A stretch of DNA of 51,167 nucleotides from a virus, in IMG/VR virus record IMGVR_UViG_3300044462_000123; one strand, written 5' to 3'. The position numbers and the translations under genes are program-made. Positions 33,630 through 42,824 of the stretch are shown here, piece after piece. Under the pieces are notes generated by a model. The model had not been told where the DNA came from. It made no database searches and saw nothing but the letters and a program-made list of their open reading frames with translations. Position 1 is the first letter of the stretch. The number at the start of each line of letters is the position of its first letter.

Positions 33630-34889
33630 ATGAGCGCACAGCGCCTGCCCGTGGCCCATCGTTTCCTGCTTGTCGCCGCGGCGGTGCTGTACTTCGCCGC
33701 TCTGCTCGTGCTGCTGTGCCAGCCGTCCGGCGCGCAAGTCGCGAACGGCAGCTATCTGCAGTGGGCCACGCGCGACGCGCCGGCCAGCTACCCGCAGACC
33801 GTCACGGCGGCGCTGGCGGCGCTGGCCGACTTCCCGCAGTACCCGAAGGTCGAGGTGCAGGGCTCGCCGCGCATCGTCCCAGGCGTGCTGCCGCACCTCT
33901 GCCAGCCGCTCGCGCTGGGCGCCGCGACGCCCGCGGCTGTCGCGGCCTATGCGCACTGGTGCGATGAGGAGACGCAGCGACACCTGCCGGCCGGGCCTGG
34001 GGATTCCCCGTTCTTCGCGTGGAAGTCCGGCGCCTGGGCGGCGTGGCCGCAGAAGACCGACGGCGGTGTGGTCCCGACGACGCTGTGGGACGCAGGCCAC
34101 CTGACCGTAGACCAACTGCTCGCGGCGATGTCGGCGGCCCCGGACCTCGCCACGCGCAAGCGGGCCGCGAAGCTGGCCGACGCGCTGCGCATCGCGGTCT
34201 ACGGGGTGACGCTGGACCCGGAGAAGGTGAAGAAGCAGGGACAGGCGCTGTCAGGCAACGCGCGCGCCGCCGGCTGGACAGCTTCCTTCGCCGTTCGCAT
34301 GCAGCGCGCACTGCCGTCCACGACCGGCCAAGACGTCGCCGTCATGTCCGCGATGGTCGACGGGCTCTATGCCCTTGTGCTGCAGCAGCGCGCGGCGGGC
34401 ATCCTCGGCCTGACCGACCCGTTCGTGCCCGTGAACCCGGCCGATGAGTTCGCGCCGCCCACCGATGACCACGGCGGGTGCGGCTGGTCGCTGTGGATGA
34501 TCGAGGGGCCGTACCTGCGCGGCCTGTGCGAGATCCGCGAGTTCGGCACGAACGACAAGCTCGATGCCCTCATCGGCGGCGCGCTGGACCTCGGCGAGAT
34601 GGGCTTCACGCTGGCCAAAGCCGACGGAAAGCCACCGGGCACGCTGCCCGACGACATGTCGCCCGTCGACCCGCCGCACTACCTGAAGAACAGCGCGCTC
34701 ACGCCGTGGTGCCTCATGGGCCTGCGGGCCGCGGATGCGCAGGGCCTGCTGTCGCCCGCGCTGAAGGCCGACGCCGTCGCGCTGCGCGACAAGACGACGT
34801 GGCTGCACGCCTCGGCCTGCAAGCCCGGCATCGACTTCAAGAACCTGTCCCTGCTGCTGCTGGTCGGTGACTGGCTCGGCTGGAACTGA
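33630..34889 (+). CDS. Secreted or membrane-anchored protein of unknown function (419 aa)
   Basis: MSAQRLPVAHRFLLVAAAVLYFAALLVLLCQPSGAQV signal/anchor. The upstream in-frame 67 codons have low GC3, so ATG 33630 is preferred. Confidence 0.65.
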   Translation: MSAQRLPVAHRFLLVAAAVLYFAALLVLLCQPSGAQVANGSYLQWATRDAPASYPQTVTAALAALADFPQYPKVEVQGSPRIVPGVLPHLCQPLALGAATPAAVAAYAHWCDEETQRHLPAGPGDSPFFAWKSGAWAAWPQKTDGGVVPTTLWDAGHLTVDQLLAAMSAAPDLATRKRAAKLADALRIAVYGVTLDPEKVKKQGQALSGNARAAGWTASFAVRMQRALPSTTGQDVAVMSAMVDGLYALVLQQRAAGILGLTDPFVPVNPADEFAPPTDDHGGCGWSLWMIEGPYLRGLCEIREFGTNDKLDALIGGALDLGEMGFTLAKADGKPPGTLPDDMSPVDPPHYLKNSALTPWCLMGLRAADAQGLLSPALKADAVALRDKTTWLHASACKPGIDFKNLSLLLLVGDWLGWN

Positions 34890-34901
34890 GGGAGGGAACC
34901 C

Positions 34902-35318
34902 ATGGCCCGAGGCATCCTGATCGCCGTCGTCGTCGCGCTGTGGCTGCTCGCGCTGGCCGCGTGCGTGACGGTCAACACGCCGGCCACGGCCGAGCACCCG
35001 GACGGCGGCACGGCGCTGACGTTCGGCATGTCCAGCGACAACGCCGCCGCACTGCAGGACTCTGGGCTGCTGGACTTCCTCCCGGCGCCATTGCGCGGCG
35101 TGGCGAAGGCCGGGCTCATGTACGCCGGCGTGCGCCTCGGGCAGTCGGCCGTCACGAAGAGCGGCCGGGCCAACTGGGCCGTACTCGCGGACCCGGACGC
35201 CTCGCGGGGCGCCAAGGGAGCAGCGGCGATGCACAACGTCCTCGGCACCAGCAGCCCGCTCGAGGCCGTGGACCGTCGGATCGCCTCCGAGGTCACGCCA
35301 AACAGGCCGCCCGCGTGA
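34902..35318 (+). CDS. Lipoprotein (138 aa)
   Basis: MARGILIAVVVALWLLALAAC: a canonical lipobox L-A-A-C. GAGGGAGGGA Shine-Dalgarno upstream. Confidence 0.75.
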   Translation: MARGILIAVVVALWLLALAACVTVNTPATAEHPDGGTALTFGMSSDNAAALQDSGLLDFLPAPLRGVAKAGLMYAGVRLGQSAVTKSGRANWAVLADPDASRGAKGAAAMHNVLGTSSPLEAVDRRIASEVTPNRPPA

Positions 35319-35551
35319 GCGGCGCGGCCGACCACGACGGGCCAGTGCGGCTGCCGATGCAGTTCGGCAAGCCGCGCGACGTGGACTTCACGCTCAAAGC
35401 TTGGGCCGATAGCGCTCTGATGCGCGAGGCCGAGGCGTCCGTGGCTCTGGACCGCGAGTCACCGGGGCACACCGTCTGCACGCGCGACGACGTGACGTGC
35501 TGCGACGAGCCGATGCTCGGGCCCACGGATGCGAACGGCGCGCCGGCATGA
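35315..35551 (+). CDS. Hypothetical protein (78 aa)
   Basis: GTGA/ATGA overlaps. High GC3. Confidence 0.45.
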   Translation: MSGAADHDGPVRLPMQFGKPRDVDFTLKAWADSALMREAEASVALDRESPGHTVCTRDDVTCCDEPMLGPTDANGAPA

Positions 35552-35982
35552 TCGCCGCCCTCTTCGGCCGCCGGCACACGTGCGAGACCTGCGGGGAGAG
35601 CTGCGGCGCCATGATGGTCTGCGACTGCGAGGTACGCGCCGCGATCGAGTGCGGCGGAATCTCGCTGGCCCTGCTGCTGATGTCGGCCGTCCCGCTCATG
35701 GCGCAGACAGGCGGCGGGCCCGCGCCCGTGGTCAACAGCGACCAGCTCGTCTTCACGCTGCCGGTCTTCACCGTCTGCATGCTGGCATGCATCGGGTTCA
35801 CGTGGGTTGTGGCCCGCTACGAGAGCGACTGGCGCCGCCGCTTTGACGAGCGCGAGGTCCAGCGCAAGGCGGACCGCGAGCAGCAGGCGCGCCAGATCCA
35901 GGTGCTGCAGCACGAGCTGCGCACGATGAAGGAACGCATGGGCCGCGAATCTCCGCGCGGTCCGGAGGGGCCCGGCGGGTGA
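35548..35982 (+). CDS. Two-TM membrane protein with Cys-rich N-terminus and charged coiled-coil C-terminus (holin-like or i-spanin-like architecture)
   Basis: CETCGESCGAMMVCDC; TM segments ISLALLLMSAVPLMA and LVFTLPVFTVCMLACIGFTWVVA; C-terminal RRRFDEREVQRKADREQQARQIQVLQHELRTMKERM. Confidence 0.6.
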   Translation: MIAALFGRRHTCETCGESCGAMMVCDCEVRAAIECGGISLALLLMSAVPLMAQTGGGPAPVVNSDQLVFTLPVFTVCMLACIGFTWVVARYESDWRRRFDEREVQRKADREQQARQIQVLQHELRTMKERMGRESPRGPEGPGG

Positions 35983-36172
35983 GCGTCATGGCCCACCCGC
36001 TGGGAGACGGTTCCGGGCACGGCCGGAGTGAGCGTGCGTCGGTCGCGTCCGTGCACCATTTCCAGCGGCGTAACCCGTCGCTTCCGGAGCGTGCGCGGCC
36101 TCGTGCCCGCAGCGCCGGCGCTCGCTGTCCGGGCCGACGCTCGGCGGCGGGCAACTATTGAGGAGGACGAGC

Positions 36173-37687
36173 GTGGCCTACGACACGGCACCTGCGGGAC
36201 TGGGGTTCGACTCCGTGGCGCTGAAGGACCTCGATGTCCCGTGCGCCAACTGGCGGGCCATGCAAGACCACTGGGAGCTGGTCCACGACCTGCGCGGCGG
36301 CACGTTGACGATGCGCGAGCGGCGCACGCGCTGGCTTCCGCAGGAGGACGGCGAGAGCAACGACCACTACGACACGCGCATCCGGCGCACCGTGCTCTAC
36401 GAGGGCTACGCCAACACCGTCGACGACATCGCAGGCAAGCCGTTCTCCGAAGAGGTCACGGTCACTCCCGATACGCTCGACGAGCAACTGCAGCCCATCG
36501 AGTCCGACGCCGACTACGAGGGTACTACGCTCACGCAGTTCTGCAAGGACGTGTTGGTCGACGGGATCGACCACGGGCTCGTGCACCTGTTCGCGGACTA
36601 CCCGGTCGACAGCGCAGGCGTCCTCATCGAGGACATCCGCGCGCAGCAGCTTCACCCCTACTTCACGCACGTTAGCGCGGCCAACCTGATCTGGTGGGCC
36701 TCGCGCAAGGCCAGCAACGGCCGGCGCATCCTGACGGAGATGCGCGTCCGGGAGTGGGGCGATCCCGAGCCTGGGCGCGAAGCCAAGGCCGGGGCCTACC
36801 GCATCCGCGTGTTCCGCGAGGCGGGGGCCCACTTGCCCGTCGAGTGGGAGCTCTTCGAGAAGTCCGCCGAGACATGGGCGTCGGTGGGCGCCGGCCGGCT
36901 GTCAGTCTCCGAGATCCCGCTGGTGACGGGGTACTTCCGGAAGACGGGCTTCATGCAGGGCCGGCCGTGCCTCGAGGGCCTCGCCTGGCTCAACCTCCTG
37001 CACTGGCAGAGCAGCAGCGACCAGCGGCACTCGCTGCACTTCGCGCGCGTGCCCATGATGTACGAATCCGGCACCGCGACCGAGGACGTCGCCAAGCCCA
37101 TCGTGGTCGGCGCAGGCAAGTGCATCCGCAACGTCAACCCGAATGCGAAGCTCACCGTGGTCGAGCACTCTGGCGCCGCGATCGAGGCGGGGCAGAGGGA
37201 CCTCGACATGCTCGAGTCGCGCATGGAAGCGATGGGGGCCGAGCCGCTCGCGCAGAATCGGCAGGACGTCACGGCCACGGGCCAGGTCATCGACGCGACC
37301 CGGCAGATGTCGAAGCTCGAGGCGTGGGTGCGCTCACTCGAAACGCTGCTGTGGCGCGGCTACCAGCTCGCGGCCGCATACATCGAGGTCGAGCTGCCCG
37401 AGGACTTCGCCGTCAAGATCTTCGACGACTTCGGCCTGCCGGCCAAGGCGCAGGCCGAGTGCGACTTCCTGCTGCGCCAGCGCCAGGCGGGCGAGCTGTC
37501 GCGGAAGACCTTCCTGCGCGAGGTCGCGCGACGCGGGGTCTACGCCGAGGACTTCAACGTCGACGACGAAGCCGAGGCCATCGCGGTCGAGGGGCCGCGG
37601 CTGGGCAACCTGTTCGGGGGGTCTGGCGGCCAGCCACCGCCCGAGGACGCGCCGCCCTTCGATGAGGGCGGCAAGCAGGCCGCGTGA
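36173..37687 (+). CDS. Portal protein (DUF4055-type)
   Basis: AGGAGG 6 nt before GTG 36173. WRAMQDHWELVHDLRGGTLTMRER...WLPQEDGESNDHYDTRIRRTVLYEGYANTVDDIAGKPF matches the remembered DUF4055 portal N-terminus. Confidence 0.85.
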   Translation: MAYDTAPAGLGFDSVALKDLDVPCANWRAMQDHWELVHDLRGGTLTMRERRTRWLPQEDGESNDHYDTRIRRTVLYEGYANTVDDIAGKPFSEEVTVTPDTLDEQLQPIESDADYEGTTLTQFCKDVLVDGIDHGLVHLFADYPVDSAGVLIEDIRAQQLHPYFTHVSAANLIWWASRKASNGRRILTEMRVREWGDPEPGREAKAGAYRIRVFREAGAHLPVEWELFEKSAETWASVGAGRLSVSEIPLVTGYFRKTGFMQGRPCLEGLAWLNLLHWQSSSDQRHSLHFARVPMMYESGTATEDVAKPIVVGAGKCIRNVNPNAKLTVVEHSGAAIEAGQRDLDMLESRMEAMGAEPLAQNRQDVTATGQVIDATRQMSKLEAWVRSLETLLWRGYQLAAAYIEVELPEDFAVKIFDDFGLPAKAQAECDFLLRQRQAGELSRKTFLREVARRGVYAEDFNVDDEAEAIAVEGPRLGNLFGGSGGQPPPEDAPPFDEGGKQAA

Positions 37688-38811
37688 CCCCGCAGCCCCC
37701 CGGCATCGACGAGCACCTGCTGGCCGCTCTCGACGGGCGCCCGGTCGACGACGTGCTCTTCGACCTCGGGATCCGCCGAGCCCTCTTCCTCGAGCGCTAC
37801 AAGAGCGGCGAGGTGCGGAAGTTCGTCGCGGCCCTCAACGAGGACGTGTTCCCCGACCTGCTCGACAAACTGGAGGCCCGCCTGCGGCGCATCGACGACC
37901 GCGGCGAGGACGTCGGGATTGAGTCCACCGAGCGCCTCAAGAAGCTGGCCACCGAGCTGCGGGGCACGCTGGCCGAGGGCATCCACGCGGCGTCCAAGCC
38001 CCTGCGGGACGAACTGAAGGAGCTGGCTGTCAAGGAGTCGCGCTGGCAGAAGGCCGTGCTGCAGGCGAACGTGCCGCTGCAGGTGAGCATGACCGGCCCG
38101 AACCTGCCGCTGTTGCGCTCCATCGTGGGGCGGCGGCCCTTCGCTGGCGCGACCCTGGACCAGTGGTTCGGGGACCTGACCACCAAGGCGCAGCGCGGCG
38201 TCGAACGCCAGCTCACCATCGGGCTCACCCAGGGCGAGACGGTGCCCCAGCTCGTGCAGCGGATCCGGGGGACCAGAGCGCTGGGGTTCAGCGACGGGGT
38301 GCTGGAGGCCACACGCAGCGAGGCGGAGCGCCTCGTGCGGACGGCGGTCGGGCACGTCAGCAACAACGCCAGGCTGGAGACCTTCCGGGCCAACGCCGAC
38401 GTCGTCGCCGGGCGCGTCTGGCACGCGACCCTGGACGAGCGGACCTGCCCGATCTGCGGCCTGCGGGACGGCCAGGTCTTCGACCTCGAGGACGACACGG
38501 CGCCGGTCCCGCCGGCGCACCCCAACTGCAGGTGCGTCCTTCAGGCGCGCACGAAGACCTGGAAGGAGCTGGGCATCCGGCTCCGGGACGCGCCACCAGG
38601 AGTCCGGGCGTCCATGGACGGCCCGGTGAAGGCGACGACGACCTGGTCCGATTGGATCGACGGGCCGGGCAGCGACCACGCCGCCGAGGCCCTCGGCCCC
38701 GGGCGCGTGGCGCTGTGGCAGGCCGGCAAGATCACCCTCGACGACCTCGTGTCCCAGCGGGACCGGATCCTCACGCTCGACGAGCTTGAGAAACTGTCAG
38801 GTGGCAGTTGA
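37684..38811 (+). CDS. Head morphogenesis protein, SPP1 gp7 / Mu F-like
   Basis: WHATLDERTCPICGLRDGQVF...PPAHPNCRC is the hallmark motif. Follows the portal. Confidence 0.9.
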   Translation: MTPQPPGIDEHLLAALDGRPVDDVLFDLGIRRALFLERYKSGEVRKFVAALNEDVFPDLLDKLEARLRRIDDRGEDVGIESTERLKKLATELRGTLAEGIHAASKPLRDELKELAVKESRWQKAVLQANVPLQVSMTGPNLPLLRSIVGRRPFAGATLDQWFGDLTTKAQRGVERQLTIGLTQGETVPQLVQRIRGTRALGFSDGVLEATRSEAERLVRTAVGHVSNNARLETFRANADVVAGRVWHATLDERTCPICGLRDGQVFDLEDDTAPVPPAHPNCRCVLQARTKTWKELGIRLRDAPPGVRASMDGPVKATTTWSDWIDGPGSDHAAEALGPGRVALWQAGKITLDDLVSQRDRILTLDELEKLSGGS

Positions 38812-38902
38812 AAGTGCCCATGCCGTGCCGTAGCACTGGAGCCCGTGGCGATGGCCGAGGCGTGGACTGGGGTCCTGCGCGCGGCGCTGAGACCTGACGA
38901 CC

Positions 38903-39703
38903 ATGGCCCTGAAGGCCCGACTGGCCTCGCTCGATGCTGTGCCTGACGCCCTCCGCGGCCTCTACAAGGCCGACGCCGACGGCAAGTCGTTCATCCTGGA
39001 CGTCGAGTCCGTCGGCGACTTCAAGCTCGATGACACGGCCAAGCTGCGCGGGGCCCTCGAGGCCGAGCGCGCGCGCGGCGACGAGCTGAAGGGCGCGCTG
39101 CACCTGTTCGACGGTATCGACCCCAAGCTGGCGCGCGCGGCCATGACCAAGGCTGCCCAAATGGAGAAGTGGACGCCCGAGGACAAGGTCCGCGAGCAGA
39201 TGGAGGCCCACGCCCGCCAGCTCAAGGAGAAGTTCGACGGTGAGATCGACGGCGAGCGCAAGACGGCCGCGCGCTACCGCGAGATCCTGGAGCGCAAGGT
39301 CGTCGACGCCGCGGCCACGGCCGCGATCTCCAGGCTGAAGGGCGTGCCGGAGCTGCTGCTCCCGCACGTCAAGAACCGCGTCAAGGTGGTCGAATCCGAC
39401 GGCGACTTCATCGCCCGGGTTCTCGCCGACGACGGCAAGACATTCGCCGTGACCCGCAAGTCGGGCGCGACGGGCGACATGAGCATCGAGGAACTGGTCG
39501 AATCCATGAAGGGCAGCGACGTCTTCGGTCGCGCCTTCGAGGGCTCCGGCGCCGCGGGAAGCGGATCCGGGGGCTCTGGCGGAGCGGGACGCTCCAGCGG
39601 CCGGGTCACGATCACACGCGCTGAAGCCCGCAACCCGGCGGTCTTCAAGGCGCGCGAGGAGGCTGCCGCGAAGGCCGGCACCACGGTGGAGTACGTCGAG
39701 TAG
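38903..39703 (+). CDS. Scaffolding protein
   Basis: Charged, helical, Ala/Glu/Lys-rich protein with a Gly/Ser linker, immediately upstream of the coat gene. Confidence 0.75.
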   Translation: MALKARLASLDAVPDALRGLYKADADGKSFILDVESVGDFKLDDTAKLRGALEAERARGDELKGALHLFDGIDPKLARAAMTKAAQMEKWTPEDKVREQMEAHARQLKEKFDGEIDGERKTAARYREILERKVVDAAATAAISRLKGVPELLLPHVKNRVKVVESDGDFIARVLADDGKTFAVTRKSGATGDMSIEELVESMKGSDVFGRAFEGSGAAGSGSGGSGGAGRSSGRVTITRAEARNPAVFKAREEAAAKAGTTVEYVE

Positions 39704-39718
39704 CTGATCGGGGAGCCC

Positions 39719-39763
39719 GTAGGCGGGATGCCGCGGGCGCGGACGTGTAGGCGGGATGCCGCG
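39719..39763 (+). repeat. Two copies of 17-bp direct repeat GTAGGCGGGATGCCGCG (39719-39735 and 39747-39763) between the scaffold and coat genes
   Basis: Read directly. Both copies are followed by a CGGACG-containing sequence. Confidence 0.9.
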
Positions 39764-39813
39764 CGGACGAGTGGCTCAGTCATTCGTGCACACACGTTTC
39801 GCGAGGAACTCCC

Positions 39814-41028
39814 GTGACCAACGTTCTCGGCAACTACGTCCCCATCCTGTACGCCAACAAGGCCCTCGAGGCGCTGATGAAGCGTCTCGGCCTCGCCGCC
39901 CGCGTGAACCGCGGCTACGACGCCGAACGCCGCAACGTCGGCAAGGGCAAGGTCATCAGCATCAAGAAGCCGTCGGTCTTCACGGCGCAGAGCGCCCCCG
40001 GCTCGGCGGTTGACCTGAGCGTCGGCACCGTGGACATCACGCTGTCCACCTTCAAGGAAGTGCGCTTCGCACTGCCGGACAACGAGCAGGCCTGGACCGG
40101 CTCCGACATCATCACGGACCACATCATGCCGGCCGGCTACGCCATCGCGGACGCCATCGACCTGGACCTGGCCGCGCTGATTCCGACCGTGGCGCACGCC
40201 TACGTCGAGCCCTCCGCGGCCACCGCGGCCACGATGGCCGGCATTCTGGCCGTGCAGAAGGCGCAGTTCGACCTCAAGGTGCCGATCGACGACGAGGCCG
40301 CGATGCACTTCATGATCGGCGGCAAGGAGCAGGCCGACCTGCTCGCTCTGTCGGCCTTCGCGCAGTGGCAGGGTGCCGGCCAGGTCGGCCTCGACACGCA
40401 GCTCCGCGGCTTCCTGGGCCGCCGCTACGGGTACGAGTTCTTCGCCAACCAGAACCGCGGCACGCAGGCCTACGCCGACATCACGGACTTCCTGGGCGCG
40501 GGCCCGACGGCCGCGGCCGGTGCGACCTCCATCGCGGTCACGGCGCTCGGCACGACCGAGGCCTACAAGAAGGGCTCGATCCTGAAGTTCACGTCGGGCG
40601 CCGAGAGCGGCAACCAGTACGCCGTGACGGCGGACGTGACGATGTCCGGCGGCGGCGGCACGTTCGTCATCAACCCGGGCCTGCGCGTGGGCTGCACCTC
40701 GGGCGACACCTTCGCGATCAACGACCTGGCGGCCCTGAACCAGGGCGCGGCGGGCACGGGCGCGCTGGACAACGTCACGGACAACCTCAACCTCGCCTTC
40801 CATCGCGACTGGGCCGCCGTCGGCTTCGCCGCGCTGCCGGACGAGACGATCCGCGACCTCGGCGTGCGGGTCTTCACGGTGCAGGATCCGGTGACGGGCA
40901 TTTCGCTGCGCGCGCGCATCTTCTACGACGGCGCGAACAGCAAGACCGTGTGCGTCGTCGACGCCCTGTGGGGCGTGCGCGAGATCGACGCCGACCGCGC
41001 CTGCCGCTACGAGATCAAGAACTCGTAG
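39814..41028 (+). CDS. Major capsid protein (P22 gp5-type coat family)
   Basis: 404 aa after the scaffold. N-terminal YVPILYANKALEALMKRLGLAARVNRGYDAE..VGKGKVISIKKP resembles the P22-coat family. Confidence 0.85.
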   Translation: MTNVLGNYVPILYANKALEALMKRLGLAARVNRGYDAERRNVGKGKVISIKKPSVFTAQSAPGSAVDLSVGTVDITLSTFKEVRFALPDNEQAWTGSDIITDHIMPAGYAIADAIDLDLAALIPTVAHAYVEPSAATAATMAGILAVQKAQFDLKVPIDDEAAMHFMIGGKEQADLLALSAFAQWQGAGQVGLDTQLRGFLGRRYGYEFFANQNRGTQAYADITDFLGAGPTAAAGATSIAVTALGTTEAYKKGSILKFTSGAESGNQYAVTADVTMSGGGGTFVINPGLRVGCTSGDTFAINDLAALNQGAAGTGALDNVTDNLNLAFHRDWAAVGFAALPDETIRDLGVRVFTVQDPVTGISLRARIFYDGANSKTVCVVDALWGVREIDADRACRYEIKNS

Positions 41029-41118
41029 CCCGGTGAGCTGATGCCGTGACCGGCGGGGGTGGCGGCCCTCGCCGGTCACGGCCTTCCCGAACTCCGCCGC
41101 CATACGAAGGAGCCAGCC

Positions 41119-41298
41119 GTGCAGCAGGACAATGCGATCTACGACCCCAAGGTGCACGAGACCATCGAGGTCGAGCACAAGGGCCGCAAGGCCCGCAAGC
41201 GCATCTTCGCCGCGCGCCTCGCCGACTATGAGGCGACGGGCTGGACGGTCGTGGCTGCGCCCGAGGCGGCCCACAGGCACAAGCCGAAGGGCGAGTGA
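41119..41298 (+). CDS. Hypothetical protein (59 aa)
   Basis: AAGGAG Shine-Dalgarno 7 nt before GTG 41119. Confidence 0.5.
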   Translation: MQQDNAIYDPKVHETIEVEHKGRKARKRIFAARLADYEATGWTVVAAPEAAHRHKPKGE

Positions 41299-41379
41299 AG
41301 ACATGGAGGGCCGGCTGCCTTCCGGTGGCAGGCCCCGCGGGCAGCGAGTTGACAGTCGCATGGCGTGGAGGGTGAGCAC

Positions 41380-41925
41380 GTGACGACACGCACGATTCCG
41401 TACTTCGAGGCGAGCGGCGCGCGGCTCGTGAACTCCACGCCGGCGGAGATTGCCGCGGCGGTGGCGCTGGGCTGGCTGCCAGGCTTCGAGTACTCGACGG
41501 GTCCGATCACGGACGCCGACCTGCTGCTGCCGGTGCTCTTCAGCGACAAGGAGCTGCGCGACAAGATCGCCGCTGCTGGCGGGCCGATCTACGACGCCGG
41601 CATGACGTCCGCGCAGCTCGCGATCGCGCTCCTGCGCGTGGCGGGCAAGACGGCCTACGACCGCGTGGAGGTCTCGTCCGTCACGGCCAACACCGGCACC
41701 ACGGCCGGTGGCGACGCGCGCACGATCGCCGGCTTCGGCTTCAGCTTCGGCCGCGGCGGCACGCCGACCGTGACGTTCGGCGGCAACCCGGCGACGTCGA
41801 TCGTCGTGGTGAGCGACACCAGCATCACGTGCGTCACGCCGGCTCACGGCGCGGGCGCGGTGTCGGTCATCGTGGGCAACGCCAACGGCTCGCATACCAA
41901 GGCCTCGGCCTTCACCTACTCCTGA
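41380..41925 (+). CDS. Ig-like (IPT/TIG) domain protein, candidate head decoration or fibre
   Basis: C-terminal VSSVTANTGTTAGGDARTIAGFGFSF..TPTVTFGGNPATSIVVVSDTSITCVTPAHGAGAVSVIVGN is a classic IPT/TIG pattern. Confidence 0.7.
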   Translation: MTTRTIPYFEASGARLVNSTPAEIAAAVALGWLPGFEYSTGPITDADLLLPVLFSDKELRDKIAAAGGPIYDAGMTSAQLAIALLRVAGKTAYDRVEVSSVTANTGTTAGGDARTIAGFGFSFGRGGTPTVTFGGNPATSIVVVSDTSITCVTPAHGAGAVSVIVGNANGSHTKASAFTYS

Positions 41926-41937
41926 TCCGGGGGCGTC

Positions 41938-42465
41938 ATGGCGCACGTCGTCGAGACTGGCTCGGGCCTGAGCAACGCGAACGCGTACCTCTCGGCGGCA
42001 GAGGCGGACCTGTACTGGGCCGACCACGGCGCGCCTGACGACTGGACGGCTGCGCTCACGGCCGAAAAGGAGGAGGCCATCCGGGCCGCCACCGAGGCGC
42101 TCGACGCACTCTACGGCCAGCGCTGGCGCGGCAGCCGCGTGCAGTCCGCCCAGGCACTCGACTGGCCCCGCACGAGCGTCGAGGACGACGATGGCTTCAC
42201 GGTCGAGTCCACCAGTCTGCCGCTGCGCCTGAAGAGCTCCTGCGCCATCCTGTCCTTCGAGGCGCTGACCGGGGGTGGCGAGACCTCCTCCCTCGTGCCG
42301 GACATCACCGACACCGGAGCCCTGTCCGCCCTGACGGAGACGCTGGGCCCGCTCTCGCGCACGCAGCAGTGGGTTGGCGGCCGCAGCCAGGTGAAGTGGC
42401 GCCCCCTGGTCGATGGCCTGCTCCGGCCCCTGATCCTGGCGGGCGGGACGGTCATCCGGGCGTGA
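41938..42465 (+). CDS. Head-tail adaptor (DnaT-like / gp6-like connector)
   Basis: SNANAYLSAAEADLYWADHG...WTAALTAEKEEAIRAATEALDALYGQRWRGSRVQSAQALDWPR. Confidence 0.7.
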   Translation: MAHVVETGSGLSNANAYLSAAEADLYWADHGAPDDWTAALTAEKEEAIRAATEALDALYGQRWRGSRVQSAQALDWPRTSVEDDDGFTVESTSLPLRLKSSCAILSFEALTGGGETSSLVPDITDTGALSALTETLGPLSRTQQWVGGRSQVKWRPLVDGLLRPLILAGGTVIRA

Positions 42466-42824
42466 CCACCGAGCTCGACACCGCCTTCGCCGACATGGCC
42501 CTCGAGATGGTCGAGGCGTTCGGACCGACGGCCATCTTCACCGACGTGCCTGGCACCTACGACCGCGTGACGGGCAGCGCGCCGGCGGGCGCGGTCCTCG
42601 GGCCCTTCAAGGTCTCGCCGCCGTTCCCCTACGAGCAGCGGTACATCGACGGCGACGTCATCCAGCGGCGCGACCTGCGCGTCATCCTGCCGGCGAAGGG
42701 CGCCTTCGTGCCGCTGCTGGGCATGACCGTCTCGCTCTCCGGCGTCTCGCACATCGTGGTGACCGTGCGGCCCTACCAGTCGGGCGACGACATCGCGGCC
42801 TACGAACTGCAGGTGCGCGCATGA
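42462..42824 (+). CDS. Head-closure / neck protein (hypothetical, 120 aa)
   Basis: Synteny between the adaptor and the gp10-like gene. GTGA/ATGA overlaps. Confidence 0.6.
   Translation: MTTELDTAFADMALEMVEAFGPTAIFTDVPGTYDRVTGSAPAGAVLGPFKVSPPFPYEQRYIDGDVIQRRDLRVILPAKGAFVPLLGMTVSLSGVSHIVVTVRPYQSGDDIAAYELQVRA

Noticed and set aside
35979-36161. 60-aa ORF (GTGA-coupled) between the membrane protein and the portal
   Set aside because: It has only intermediate GC3 and an Arg/Ser/Gly/Ala-rich sequence with no features. It might be real, but I cannot support it. The region may instead be the leader of the portal gene, which has its own strong Shine-Dalgarno sequence.
39274-42027. 917-aa minus-strand ORF across the coat/connector region (similar cases at 43006-45012 and 45103-47925)
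   Set aside because: Long antisense ORFs are expected in very GC-rich DNA because stop codons are rare. The translations are Arg/Gly/Ala/Pro-rich low-complexity, and the plus strand encodes recognisable structural proteins with the correct synteny.
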